Shown piece after piece: positions 37,297 through 45,543 of a stretch of 46,900 nt of DNA. A program made the translations under genes and the position numbers. The stretch spans positions 1 through 46,900 of the forward strand of contig JANJTH010000259.1 of the NCBI GenBank assembly GCA_024711205.1. The letters run 5' to 3'. How positions within the stretch are numbered: position 1 is the stretch's first letter; every line of letters starts with the position of its first letter. This DNA comes from Planctomycetota bacterium. GTDB taxonomy: Bacteria; Planctomycetota; J058. The notes below the pieces were generated by a model, which saw nothing but the letters and a program-made list of their open reading frames with translations, was not told where the DNA came from and made no database searches.

Positions 37297-38043
37297 GTGA
37301 TCGACCGACTCATGGGCAAGAGGCCACGGCTCGTCGCGAGCCACGAGGACTCTCGGGCCATGGTGACGGAGTCCCTCGAGTTCCTGGCGAGCGTCAAGAA
37401 CTACAACCACTGGATGGCTCGAACCCTGGCGCCGTTCGTGGGCGAGCGGGTGCTCGAGCTCGGCTGCGGCACGGGAAACGTCCTCGAGTTCTTCCTGCTC
37501 CGCGAGCGCCTGTTCGGGATCGACCTCGACCCCAACATGGTCGATTACTGCCGCGAGCGCTTCCGCGCGCACACGAACTGCCGCTTCGCCTGCGCGGACG
37601 TCCTGGCCGAAGAGGTCGCGCTCGACTTCACCCCCGACACCGTCGTCTCGCTCAACGTGCTCGAGCACGTCGAGGACGACCGGTCTTTGCTCCGCTGGAA
37701 GTTCGAACGGCTCGACCGCGGGGGGCGGCTCGTCGCCCTCGTGCCAGCGCACCCGGCGATCTACGGGGAGCTCGACGCGGCCGCTGGACATCACCGGCGG
37801 TACACGAAGAGCGAGCTCGTCGCGAAGGTCGAGGGTGCCGGGCTGCGCGTCACGCAGTGCTTCTACTTCAACGCCGTCGGCTTCTTCGGCTGGGGCCTCA
37901 ACGCGCGGCTGCTCCGCCGACGCGAGCTCCCCACCCAGCAGGCGTTGTTCTACGACAACCACGTGGTCCCGCTACAGTCCTGGCTCGAGGGGATCGTCCG
38001 TCCGCCGTTCGGGCAGTCGCTGATCGTCGTCGGGCAGAAGTGA
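37297..38043 (+). CDS. Class I SAM-dependent methyltransferase
   Basis: VLELGCGTGNVLEFF (motif I), FGIDLDPNMV and VVSLNVLEHVEDD. GTG at 37297 or ATG at 37312. Confidence 0.85.
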   Translation: MIDRLMGKRPRLVASHEDSRAMVTESLEFLASVKNYNHWMARTLAPFVGERVLELGCGTGNVLEFFLLRERLFGIDLDPNMVDYCRERFRAHTNCRFACADVLAEEVALDFTPDTVVSLNVLEHVEDDRSLLRWKFERLDRGGRLVALVPAHPAIYGELDAAAGHHRRYTKSELVAKVEGAGLRVTQCFYFNAVGFFGWGLNARLLRRRELPTQQALFYDNHVVPLQSWLEGIVRPPFGQSLIVVGQK

Positions 38044-38265
38044 CCCCGGAGAGGACGACGCCGGGCAGGGCCTGACCGTGGGCGCGTCGAAGCCTCCTGG
38101 CCCCCTGGGCACCGACATGGACTAAGCCGTCCGGCGCCCGCAGGGACCGGGCTGGTCGCGGCCGCGCACGGGCGCTAGCTTGTCGGCCGCCCGGGTCCCA
38201 GCCCGGCGGCTCCGACGGCGATCACGCCGGCGAAGGGATCCGCCCGCTTGCACGCCGCGTCCGAG

Positions 38266-40260
38266 ATGCTCAGGTACCTCCTTCCTCGCCCTCGGCGCCG
38301 TCGCCTCGCGCTCCTCGCGGCCCTGCTGGCGGCCTTCGATCTCCTGGCGCTGCTCGCGGTGAGCCGCTGGGGGGGGCCCCTTGGACTGCCGAGCCTGGAC
38401 CTGCTGTCCACCGACGGGGCGCTGCTGCTGCTCGTCAACGTCTGGGGGCTGGAGCGGCTCACGCGCGTGGGCCGCCTCGGCTGCGAGGCCCTGGCCGTCC
38501 GCCTCGGCATCGAGCGCGCGCGGCTCGCAGCGTTGACGACCTGGGTGGTCCTGGCCCTCATCATCGCGGCGGGCCTCGCGCACCGCCTCTGGCTGACCTT
38601 CGTCCTGGGTGCGCCCTTCACCCAGCCGGACAGCGCGTCCTACCTCGCGCCCGCACTGCTCGATCCGCTCCTCCCGCTCTCCGAAATGCGCACGCTCGGG
38701 ACCCCGTGGCTCTGCGCGCTGGGGCTCTCCCTGACCGGGGGACCCTCGGGTCTCCTGCTCGTCCACCACGCGCTGTGGCTGGCCTCCACGCTCGCCCTGG
38801 TCGTGGCCCTGGCGCGCCGCCGCGAGCTCCGGCTCGTGGCCGTGCTCGTCGCCGCGTACCTGACGCTCACCCAGAAGAACGTTGAGTTCGAGCTCACGCT
38901 CATGTCCGAGCACGCCTCGAGGACGCTCTACGTGCTCTTCCTGGGCATCCTTGCGAACTCGTGGGGCCACTGCCGGACACGCGTCACGCTCGCATTGGCC
39001 TCGGTCGCGTGCGCGAACGTCCTGGTCAAGCCCACCGCGCTCGTGCTGTTCTCGTCCCTCGCGCTGGTCGTTGCGCTGTTCCGACGCATGTCGCCGGGGA
39101 TCTCCTGGCGCAAGATCGCGGCCCAGCTCGGCCTCGCCCTCGCGGTCCTCGTCGCCTGCCAGGCGACCTACGCGCTCGCCTATCGCGCGAGGTTCGGCCG
39201 CCTGGCCACGAATGCCTTCACCGGGACCGCCCTGTTCTCTCAGGTCGGACACCTCGTGGACCTGGACCGGGTCACCCCGCGCGAGTTGGCCAGCGCGTTG
39301 CGCGCGACGCTCCCCGCCTACGCCGAGCGCTACGCGGCGCGAGGGCGGCACGAGGCCAACTGGCTCGCCTTCGGGACCCCGACGCCCGAGCTACTGCGCG
39401 ACTTCGGGGAGGACAGCCCCTCGCGAGCGATCCGGGACCACGTCTCGGCGCACCGGGACCCGGCACGGACGTACATGCAGCAGCTCGACGACACATTCAG
39501 GGAGCTCGCCCTCGCGGGGATCCGCGCCCGGCCACATCAGTATCTGGCGCTCGCAGCGAGCGACCTCGTGTCCCTGTACCGGGATGGCGTCTCCACCTTC
39601 TACCCGTACGACGGGCCGGAGGCGCGGCACCTGGGCGCGCTCGCCGCGGGGTATGCCGCGCCCGCGGCGCTCGAGCGCCACCGCGAGGCGGCGCTCGAGC
39701 ACTTCGGGCAAGCCTATCGTGAGGTCGAGCTCCCGGCGCCGCCCCCCGAAGCCCTCCTCGGGCGAGGGCACTCCGGGCCGCCCCTGCCGGCGCTCCCACT
39801 CGCCTACGGTCGCGCCATGGCCTGGGCCTCCATCGCCTGGTCCGAGCTGTTGCAGCAGCTCCTCCACCGCTGGCAGGTCGGCTGGCTGCTCCTCCTCGCA
39901 TTGCCGCTGGCGTGGCGCCGCCGCGCGCAGGACGCGGACGCCCTGCGGCTCGTCCTGGTGACTGCCACGGTCGCCCTCGGATATGGGGTGCTCCTCGCGC
40001 TGATCTGCGTCAGCGAGGTCGGGCGGTTCGCCACGAACGTGCAAGACCTGATTTTCCTGGGCCTCTTCCTGCTCGGCTGGGTCGAGCTCCGCGCGGTCAA
40101 TGCCTGGTTCGATGAGCCCCTGCTCGGCGCCCCCCCGGCCTCCGTCCAGGACCCCGCGGCCCACGTCGCGACCGCGCACCTCCGAGCCGACGCCCGGCCG
40201 GGCCCCACGAGCGTCGAAGGCCCCGGGCCGGTGACCGACGGGGCGCCCTGCGATGGATAG
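38266..40260 (+). CDS. Polytopic GT-C-like membrane glycosyltransferase candidate, paralog 4 (closest to paralog 3)
   Basis: TQPDSASYLAPALLDPLLPLSEMRTLGTPWLCALGLSLTG, LTQKNVEFELTLMSEHASRTLY, LVKPTALVLFSSLAL and CVSEVGRFATNVQDLIFLGLFLLGWVELRAV. ATG at 38266 (the track start is TTG at 38248). Confidence 0.7.
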   Translation: MLRYLLPRPRRRRLALLAALLAAFDLLALLAVSRWGGPLGLPSLDLLSTDGALLLLVNVWGLERLTRVGRLGCEALAVRLGIERARLAALTTWVVLALIIAAGLAHRLWLTFVLGAPFTQPDSASYLAPALLDPLLPLSEMRTLGTPWLCALGLSLTGGPSGLLLVHHALWLASTLALVVALARRRELRLVAVLVAAYLTLTQKNVEFELTLMSEHASRTLYVLFLGILANSWGHCRTRVTLALASVACANVLVKPTALVLFSSLALVVALFRRMSPGISWRKIAAQLGLALAVLVACQATYALAYRARFGRLATNAFTGTALFSQVGHLVDLDRVTPRELASALRATLPAYAERYAARGRHEANWLAFGTPTPELLRDFGEDSPSRAIRDHVSAHRDPARTYMQQLDDTFRELALAGIRARPHQYLALAASDLVSLYRDGVSTFYPYDGPEARHLGALAAGYAAPAALERHREAALEHFGQAYREVELPAPPPEALLGRGHSGPPLPALPLAYGRAMAWASIAWSELLQQLLHRWQVGWLLLLALPLAWRRRAQDADALRLVLVTATVALGYGVLLALICVSEVGRFATNVQDLIFLGLFLLGWVELRAVNAWFDEPLLGAPPASVQDPAAHVATAHLRADARPGPTSVEGPGPVTDGAPCDG

Positions 40261-40395
40261 GCTCGCGGGCGCCGCGCTGCCCTCCGAGGAGCGCCGTGAC
40301 CTCGAACGCCTTCCGCGAGAGTTCGCGCCCGGCGCGAACCACGAGAGCCCGCGGGCCACGGTCTCCGAGCCGCTCGACGCGCCCGTACGTGCCGA

Positions 40396-42303
40396 GTGCG
40401 ACCGGGGGCCTCTCCGCTGGAGGGCCTGCCGACCGGTAGGCCGCAGGCCGCGCATGGACGGCCCGTGACCGAGGCCGCGGGAGCCCGGGCCTGGTGTCCG
40501 ACGCCCGAGGGGGCGCCGATCGGGGCCCCCCCAGGGCCGCTCGCCCGCCCCCTCGTCCGCGCCGCCGCCGGTCTCGACCTCCTCGGCCTGGCGGCGATCC
40601 TCCACCACGCGCCCGCGGAGCGCCGGGCGCGGCTCATGCTCCTGGGCGCGCCGCTCCTCGTCGCGCTCCTCGCCCTCGCGGCCCGGCCCGGCGCCGGGCT
40701 CGCCCTCGCGCGCCGCCTCGGTTCCCGAGCGCTCGTCGGGGCTGGAGCGGGTCTCGTCGCGGCGCTCGCCCTGCTCGGCGCCCCGGCCCTCGCCCTGACC
40801 GTCGCCCCGTTCGCGGCGCTGGGGCTCGCCGACGAGGCGGTCCGCCGGCCCCGGCGGACCGCCGTGGCCCTCGCCGGGCTCGCGCTGCTCGTCGGCCTCT
40901 CCGTCCGGGTCGGGCTCACGCTTGCGGTCCCCTACCCGCTCGTCGAGCCCGACACGGCCGGTTACCTCGCCGGTCCCGACGCCTGGCTCGCGGGGGCCGC
41001 CCCGCGCTGGGCGATCGACTCGATCCGCACCCCGACCTTCCCCGGCTTCGTCACGGGGGCGCTCGCGCTCACCGGAAGCTACCCCGGGGTCGCGCTCGCC
41101 ACGCACGCGCTCGCGCTCCTGGTCGCGGCCGGCGCCGCCGGCGTCGTCCTGCGGCGGGCAGGCCCGCTGCCCGCCGCCCTCGTCCTCGGCGCGCTGTGGG
41201 CCGCGCCCCGCGCCGCCCTCCTCGAGCACACCCTCATGAGCGAGGCGCTGCACGGCCTGTGCCTCACCGCGTTCGTCGTCCTGCTCGCCGGCGCGGTCCG
41301 GCGCGGCGCTCCCGCCGCCCCGGCGACGTGCGTCGCGCTCGGCCTCGCCACCGCCGCGGTCGCGCTCGCACGCCCGAACTCGCTCGCGACGGTCGCGCTC
41401 GCCCCGGCCGCGCTGGCCTTCTCCGGGCGCCGCGGTGCAGCGGCCTTCGTCGCTGCCGCCGCCGTCGTCCCCCTCCTCGCCTGGTGCACGCACAACGCGC
41501 TCCGGCTCGGCTTCTTCGGGCTCACGACCTTCTCGGGCGGCTCGCTGTTCGGCGTGGTCGGCCACAACCTCGACCTCGACCGGGGCCCGCCCCACGCGCA
41601 GGTGCGCGCGGAGATGCGCGCCGCGCTCGAGGCGCACAACGCGCGCCGCCCGCCGCATGACCCCGACGTGATCTGGCTCATGTACGCCCCCGAGGGCCCG
41701 ATCCGGACCTCCGCGACGCTCGCCGCGCTCGACGCCCCCGCCCGGGACCGAGTCCTGGTCGACCTCGCCCGGGAAGCTCTCCTGCGGGCCCCGGGGGCGC
41801 TCGTCCGCCGCACGGCCGCGCAGTCCCTGCGCTTCAGCCTGGCCGAGCCCGCGGCGCTCCCTGCCTGGGACGCGCTCCAGGCGCGAGTCCGCCCCGGCGA
41901 GGCCACGCACGGCTACGCCTGGGCCTCCCCGGCCTTCGTCGACCCGCCCTGGGCGCGCGCGCTCGACGGACTCCCGTCCGAGCAGGTCTACACCACGCTC
42001 GCCTGGCTCCCTGCCCGGGTCGTGGCGCGGGTGGTCCCGTTCCACGTGACCGAGCAGCCGCTCCTGTTCGTCGCGTTCCTCGTGCTCGGCTGGCGGCACC
42101 GGCGCTGGCGGGCCCTGCTCTGGCCGGTGGCTCTACTCGGCCTGAGCCAGGCGGCGCTGTGCGCCGTGTTCAGCTATCCGGAGTCGCGCTTCCGCCTGCA
42201 GACCGTGCCGCTCACCGTGATCCCGCTCGCCCTGCTCCTCGGCGCCCGCCTGCGCGTGCTCATGCCGGCGCAGGCGCCCGAGGCTCAGCCCTCACCCGTG
42301 TAG
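40396..42303 (+). CDS. Polytopic GT-C-like membrane glycosyltransferase candidate, paralog 5 (divergent)
   Basis: YPLVEPDTAGYLAGPDAWLAGAAPRWAIDSIRTPTFPGFV, ALLEHTLMSEALHGLCL, LARPNSLATVALAP and the C-terminal FSYPESRFRLQTVPLTVIPL. Start is uncertain (GTG at 40396 or 40465). Confidence 0.65.
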   Translation: MRPGASPLEGLPTGRPQAAHGRPVTEAAGARAWCPTPEGAPIGAPPGPLARPLVRAAAGLDLLGLAAILHHAPAERRARLMLLGAPLLVALLALAARPGAGLALARRLGSRALVGAGAGLVAALALLGAPALALTVAPFAALGLADEAVRRPRRTAVALAGLALLVGLSVRVGLTLAVPYPLVEPDTAGYLAGPDAWLAGAAPRWAIDSIRTPTFPGFVTGALALTGSYPGVALATHALALLVAAGAAGVVLRRAGPLPAALVLGALWAAPRAALLEHTLMSEALHGLCLTAFVVLLAGAVRRGAPAAPATCVALGLATAAVALARPNSLATVALAPAALAFSGRRGAAAFVAAAAVVPLLAWCTHNALRLGFFGLTTFSGGSLFGVVGHNLDLDRGPPHAQVRAEMRAALEAHNARRPPHDPDVIWLMYAPEGPIRTSATLAALDAPARDRVLVDLAREALLRAPGALVRRTAAQSLRFSLAEPAALPAWDALQARVRPGEATHGYAWASPAFVDPPWARALDGLPSEQVYTTLAWLPARVVARVVPFHVTEQPLLFVAFLVLGWRHRRWRALLWPVALLGLSQAALCAVFSYPESRFRLQTVPLTVIPLALLLGARLRVLMPAQAPEAQPSPV

Positions 42304-43355
42304 GTCTCCATGGCCCAGCCCATGAACCGGCGCAGCCCCTCGTCGAGCGCGACCTGCGGCTCGTAACCGAGCTGGAGCCTGGCCTTGCGCAGGTCGGGGC
42401 AGCGCCGCATGGGCTCGTCCGCGGGGTAGCTGTCGGGGTACTCGACGACGTCGCGCGCGACCTTGCGGCCGAGCACGCGCTCGAGCCGATCGGCCAGGTC
42501 GTGGACCGAGATCTCGGGGCTCGCGCAGCCGATGTTGTAGGGCTCGCCGGGGAGGCCCTTGAGCACGACGAGCAGGAACCCGACCATGGCGTCCGTGATG
42601 TAGCTGAACGTGCGCGTCTGCTTGCCCGTCCCGTAGAGGCGCAGCGGGTGGTCCCCCTTGATCCGGTTCGCGAAGTTGGGGAGCACCCGGTAGTCGGTCT
42701 CCTGCATGCCCGGCCCGTAGACGTTGAACGGGCGGATGCAGTTCGTGTGCGTCCCGTAGCGCTGGTGGAACACGTAGCAGAGCGTCTCGCCCACGCGCTT
42801 GCTCTCGTCGTAGCAGGCGCGCGGCCCCTGGCAGGCCACGTTGCCCCGGTAGCTCTCGGGCGTGGGCACGTGCGCCGCGTCGGGGTCGCCGTAGATCTCG
42901 CTCGAGCTGAAGAACGTGAGCCGCGCGCCCTGCGCGCGCGCCAGCTCGAGCATGTTCCGCGTCCCGCGGACCGCGACCTCGAGCGTCTCGAGCGGGTAGG
43001 CCCGGTAGTAGAACGGGCTCGCGATCCCGGCCGCGTGGATCACGTAGTGCACCGGGCCGTCCGGCGCGTAGGGCTCGATCACGTCGTGGCGCTGGAACTC
43101 TACCCCGGGCAGGTCCGGGACGACGGCGCCCTCCTTGCCCGCCGTGATCAGGTTGTCGAGCAGCACGACGCGACAGGGCTTCGCGAGGTGGTGCCGGTTG
43201 AGCCGGCCGAACACCTCGGCGAAGTAGCGGCCCAGGAAGCCGCGCCCGCCGGTGAGCAGCACGGTCTTGCCGGCGAGGTCGGCCGCGGCGGGCGCGATCC
43301 GGGTCGCGATCTCGTCGATGTCCGAGGCGAGCACGGGGCCAGGGCGGGTGGTCAA
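42285..43355 (-). CDS. NAD-dependent sugar-nucleotide dehydratase/decarboxylase (extended SDR, UXS/ArnA-C-terminal-like)
   Basis: C-terminal part of track ORF 42285..44552. KTVLLTGGRGFLGRYF Rossmann motif, catalytic YDESKRVGETLCYVF, FNVYGPGM and GKQTRTFSYITDAMVGF. TTG at 43355 overlaps the upstream TGA. GTG at 43334 is an alternative start. Confidence 0.8.
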   Translation of the reverse strand: MTTRPGPVLASDIDEIATRIAPAAADLAGKTVLLTGGRGFLGRYFAEVFGRLNRHHLAKPCRVVLLDNLITAGKEGAVVPDLPGVEFQRHDVIEPYAPDGPVHYVIHAAGIASPFYYRAYPLETLEVAVRGTRNMLELARAQGARLTFFSSSEIYGDPDAAHVPTPESYRGNVACQGPRACYDESKRVGETLCYVFHQRYGTHTNCIRPFNVYGPGMQETDYRVLPNFANRIKGDHPLRLYGTGKQTRTFSYITDAMVGFLLVVLKGLPGEPYNIGCASPEISVHDLADRLERVLGRKVARDVVEYPDSYPADEPMRRCPDLRKARLQLGYEPQVALDEGLRRFMGWAMETYTGEG

Positions 43356-44593
43356 TGGACTTCGACCTCCGGGAGGGGCACGACGAACCGGCCGCCCGCC
43401 TCGGCGAAGGCGCGCTGCTTCGCCATGATCGGGCCGGCGAAGTTCCAGGCCAGGATCAGGAGCGTGTCGGGGCGCCGCTCGGCGAGCGCGCTCGACGGCA
43501 CGACCGGCACGTGCAGGCCGGGCGTGTAGAGGCCCTGCTTGAGCGGGCTGTCGTCGACGATGAACTCGACCTCGTCGCGCCCGAGCCGGAAGTGGTGCAT
43601 GAGCGTCGTCGCCTTGGCCGGCGCCCCGAAGCCCGCCACGCGCCGCCCCGCGGCGCGCTCGGCCGCGAGGACCTCCCGCAGCCGCGCGCCCTTGCGCTCG
43701 ATGTCCTCGCCGAAGGCGCGCAGGCGCGCCGGGCGGTCGAGGCCCAGGGCCTCCTCGTGGGCGATCGCCGCCGAGACCGACGGGCGGACCGCGCGCGGGC
43801 CGCCCGCGAGCTGGGCCACGCCGCGGAGCGACCCGCCGTGCGTGTCGACGCGCACGGCGTCGATCAGCTCGAGCCCGTGGGCGCGCAGGAACGGGACGAG
43901 CGGCTTCACGGCGTGGTAGGCCACGTGCTCGTGGTAGATCGTGTCGAAGAGCGTCTTCTCGACCACGTCGACCAGGTAGCTCACCTCGAAGGCGAACAGC
44001 CCGTCGGGCGCGAGCAACGCCCGCACGCCGTCGGCGACCCCGCCCAGGTCGTCGACGTGCGCGAACACGTTGTTCGCCGTGACGACGCGCGCGGGCCCGA
44101 GCCGGGCTCGCAGGTCGGCCGCGAGCGCCGGCGTGAAGAAGGCCGCCTCGGTCGGCAGCCCGCGCCGCGTCGCCTCCTCGGCGATCGCCCGCGCCGGGTC
44201 GACGCCCTGCACGCGCTGGCCGGCGTCGGCGAAGAAGCGCAGGAGCGTCCCGTCGTTGCTCCCCACGTCCACGACGAGGTCGCCCTTCGCGAGCCCGACG
44301 TCGCGCGAGAGCGCGTCGGCGTAGCGGCGGAAGTGGTCGACGAACACGGGCGAGGTCCCCGAGACGTAGACGTAGTCCTCGAACAACCGGCGCGGGTCGA
44401 CCACGTCGCGGAGCTGCGCGTGCCCGCAGCCGCCGCACACGAACACGTCGAGCGGGAACCGCTCCTGCGCCACGTCCGGGCTGCGCACGAACTCGTTGGC
44501 GGGCGGCGTCGGGGCGAGCTGGAGCGCGAGCTCGAGGTCCGTCCCCCCGCACAGCCGGCAGTCGGGGCGCCGGCGGCAGCCGCCCGCCGTCAC
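43352..44593 (-). CDS. SAM-dependent sugar C-methyltransferase-like protein (TylCIII/NDP-hexose C-methyltransferase family) with N-terminal Cys4 zinc ribbon
   Basis: CRLCGG...CGGCGHAQL (putative Zn ribbon), YVYVSGTSPVFVDHFRRYA, VVDVGSNDGTLLRFF (motif I) and TANNVFAHVDDL. GTG start overlaps the upstream TGA (GTGA). Confidence 0.8.
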   Translation of the reverse strand: MTAGGCRRRPDCRLCGGTDLELALQLAPTPPANEFVRSPDVAQERFPLDVFVCGGCGHAQLRDVVDPRRLFEDYVYVSGTSPVFVDHFRRYADALSRDVGLAKGDLVVDVGSNDGTLLRFFADAGQRVQGVDPARAIAEEATRRGLPTEAAFFTPALAADLRARLGPARVVTANNVFAHVDDLGGVADGVRALLAPDGLFAFEVSYLVDVVEKTLFDTIYHEHVAYHAVKPLVPFLRAHGLELIDAVRVDTHGGSLRGVAQLAGGPRAVRPSVSAAIAHEEALGLDRPARLRAFGEDIERKGARLREVLAAERAAGRRVAGFGAPAKATTLMHHFRLGRDEVEFIVDDSPLKQGLYTPGLHVPVVPSSALAERRPDTLLILAWNFAGPIMAKQRAFAEAGGRFVVPLPEVEVH

Positions 44594-45468
44594 GCGCGCG
44601 CTCCGCTCGCGGCGCGCGGAGTGGTCGCCGGTGCCCCTCCGTTCGCCGTCGCCGCGGGCGCCGGCGTCAGGTCGCGCGGTGCAAGCCCCGGTCCGGGCCG
44701 CGTGCGGAGCGCGCGGAGGACCGGCGCCAGCGGCGAGCGCTCGCGGGCCCAGCCGCTCACGATCGCCTGGATCACGGCGACCGTGTGGTGGGCCCGGATC
44801 TTCTTGCCCTGCGCGTAGGTCCGCCCGTGGTAGTTGATCGGGACCTCGTAGATCACCTCGGCGCGCGGCACGATCTGCGAGAGGATCTCGGCCTGCTGCT
44901 CCCAGCCCGACGTCCCGAGCGCGCCCACGTCGAGGAGCGAGCGCCGGAACAGGAGGTAGCAGGTGTAGATGTCGGTGAAGGTCGTGTTGTTGAACACGTT
45001 GAACGTGAGCGACAGGACCTGGTTCCCGACCTTGTGCCAGAAGTAGTGCACGCGCGTGAACTGCGGCGCGTTGAGGCGGCTCCCCATGACGAGGTCCGCG
45101 TCGTGCCGGAGCACGGGCTCGAGGAGCAGCCGGTAGTCGTCGGGCTCGTACTCGAGGTCCGCGTCCTGGAAGAGCACGTAGTCGCCCGTCGCGGCCTCGA
45201 GCCCCGCCTTGACCGCCGCCCCCTTGCCCCCGTTGACCGGCATCTGGAGCAGGCGCGCGTAGAGGTCGGGGCGCGCGAGCAGGAGCTCGAGCGTCCGGTC
45301 GGTCGAGCCGTCGTCGACGACGATCACCTCGAGCTCGACGCCATCGATCCGCTGCCGCGCCACGCGCGACAGCAGTTCGACGATGGTGGCCTCCTCGTTG
45401 AAGGCCGGGACGATCACGGACAGGCGGATCACGCGCAGCGTTCTACCGGCGAGCGGGGGCGGGCACAA
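44590..45468 (-). CDS. GT2 glycosyltransferase with DPM1/GtrB-like catalytic motifs, no C-terminal TM helices
   Basis: LSVIVPAFNEEATIVELL, VIVVDDGSTDRT, FQDADLEYEPDDY and TDIYTCYLLFR. The track start is TTG at 45468. GTG at 45432 (VIRLSVIVP...) is an equally plausible start. Confidence 0.85.
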   Translation of the reverse strand: MCPPPLAGRTLRVIRLSVIVPAFNEEATIVELLSRVARQRIDGVELEVIVVDDGSTDRTLELLLARPDLYARLLQMPVNGGKGAAVKAGLEAATGDYVLFQDADLEYEPDDYRLLLEPVLRHDADLVMGSRLNAPQFTRVHYFWHKVGNQVLSLTFNVFNNTTFTDIYTCYLLFRRSLLDVGALGTSGWEQQAEILSQIVPRAEVIYEVPINYHGRTYAQGKKIRAHHTVAVIQAIVSGWARERSPLAPVLRALRTRPGPGLAPRDLTPAPAATANGGAPATTPRAASGARA

Positions 45469-45543
45469 GCCGTGACCGCGGACGCGTGCCGACGCCCGGC
45501 CGGGCCGCCCGCGACTCCGGCCCGTCCCTGCACCAGCGCCATG

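Noticed and set aside
39391-42099. 902-aa minus-strand ORF across GT-C paralogs 4 and 5. The 719-aa ORF 10317..12476 and the 741-aa ORF 3469..5694 are similar.
   Set aside because: Arg/Glu/Gly-rich low-complexity translations lying antisense to ORFs with coherent transmembrane and motif structure.
42285-44552. 755-aa ORF apparently fusing the SDR to a large N-terminal domain
   Set aside because: The N-terminal ~400 aa are Arg/Ala/Pro-rich and are an out-of-frame reading of the C-methyltransferase gene (43352..44593), which has clear motifs in its own frame.
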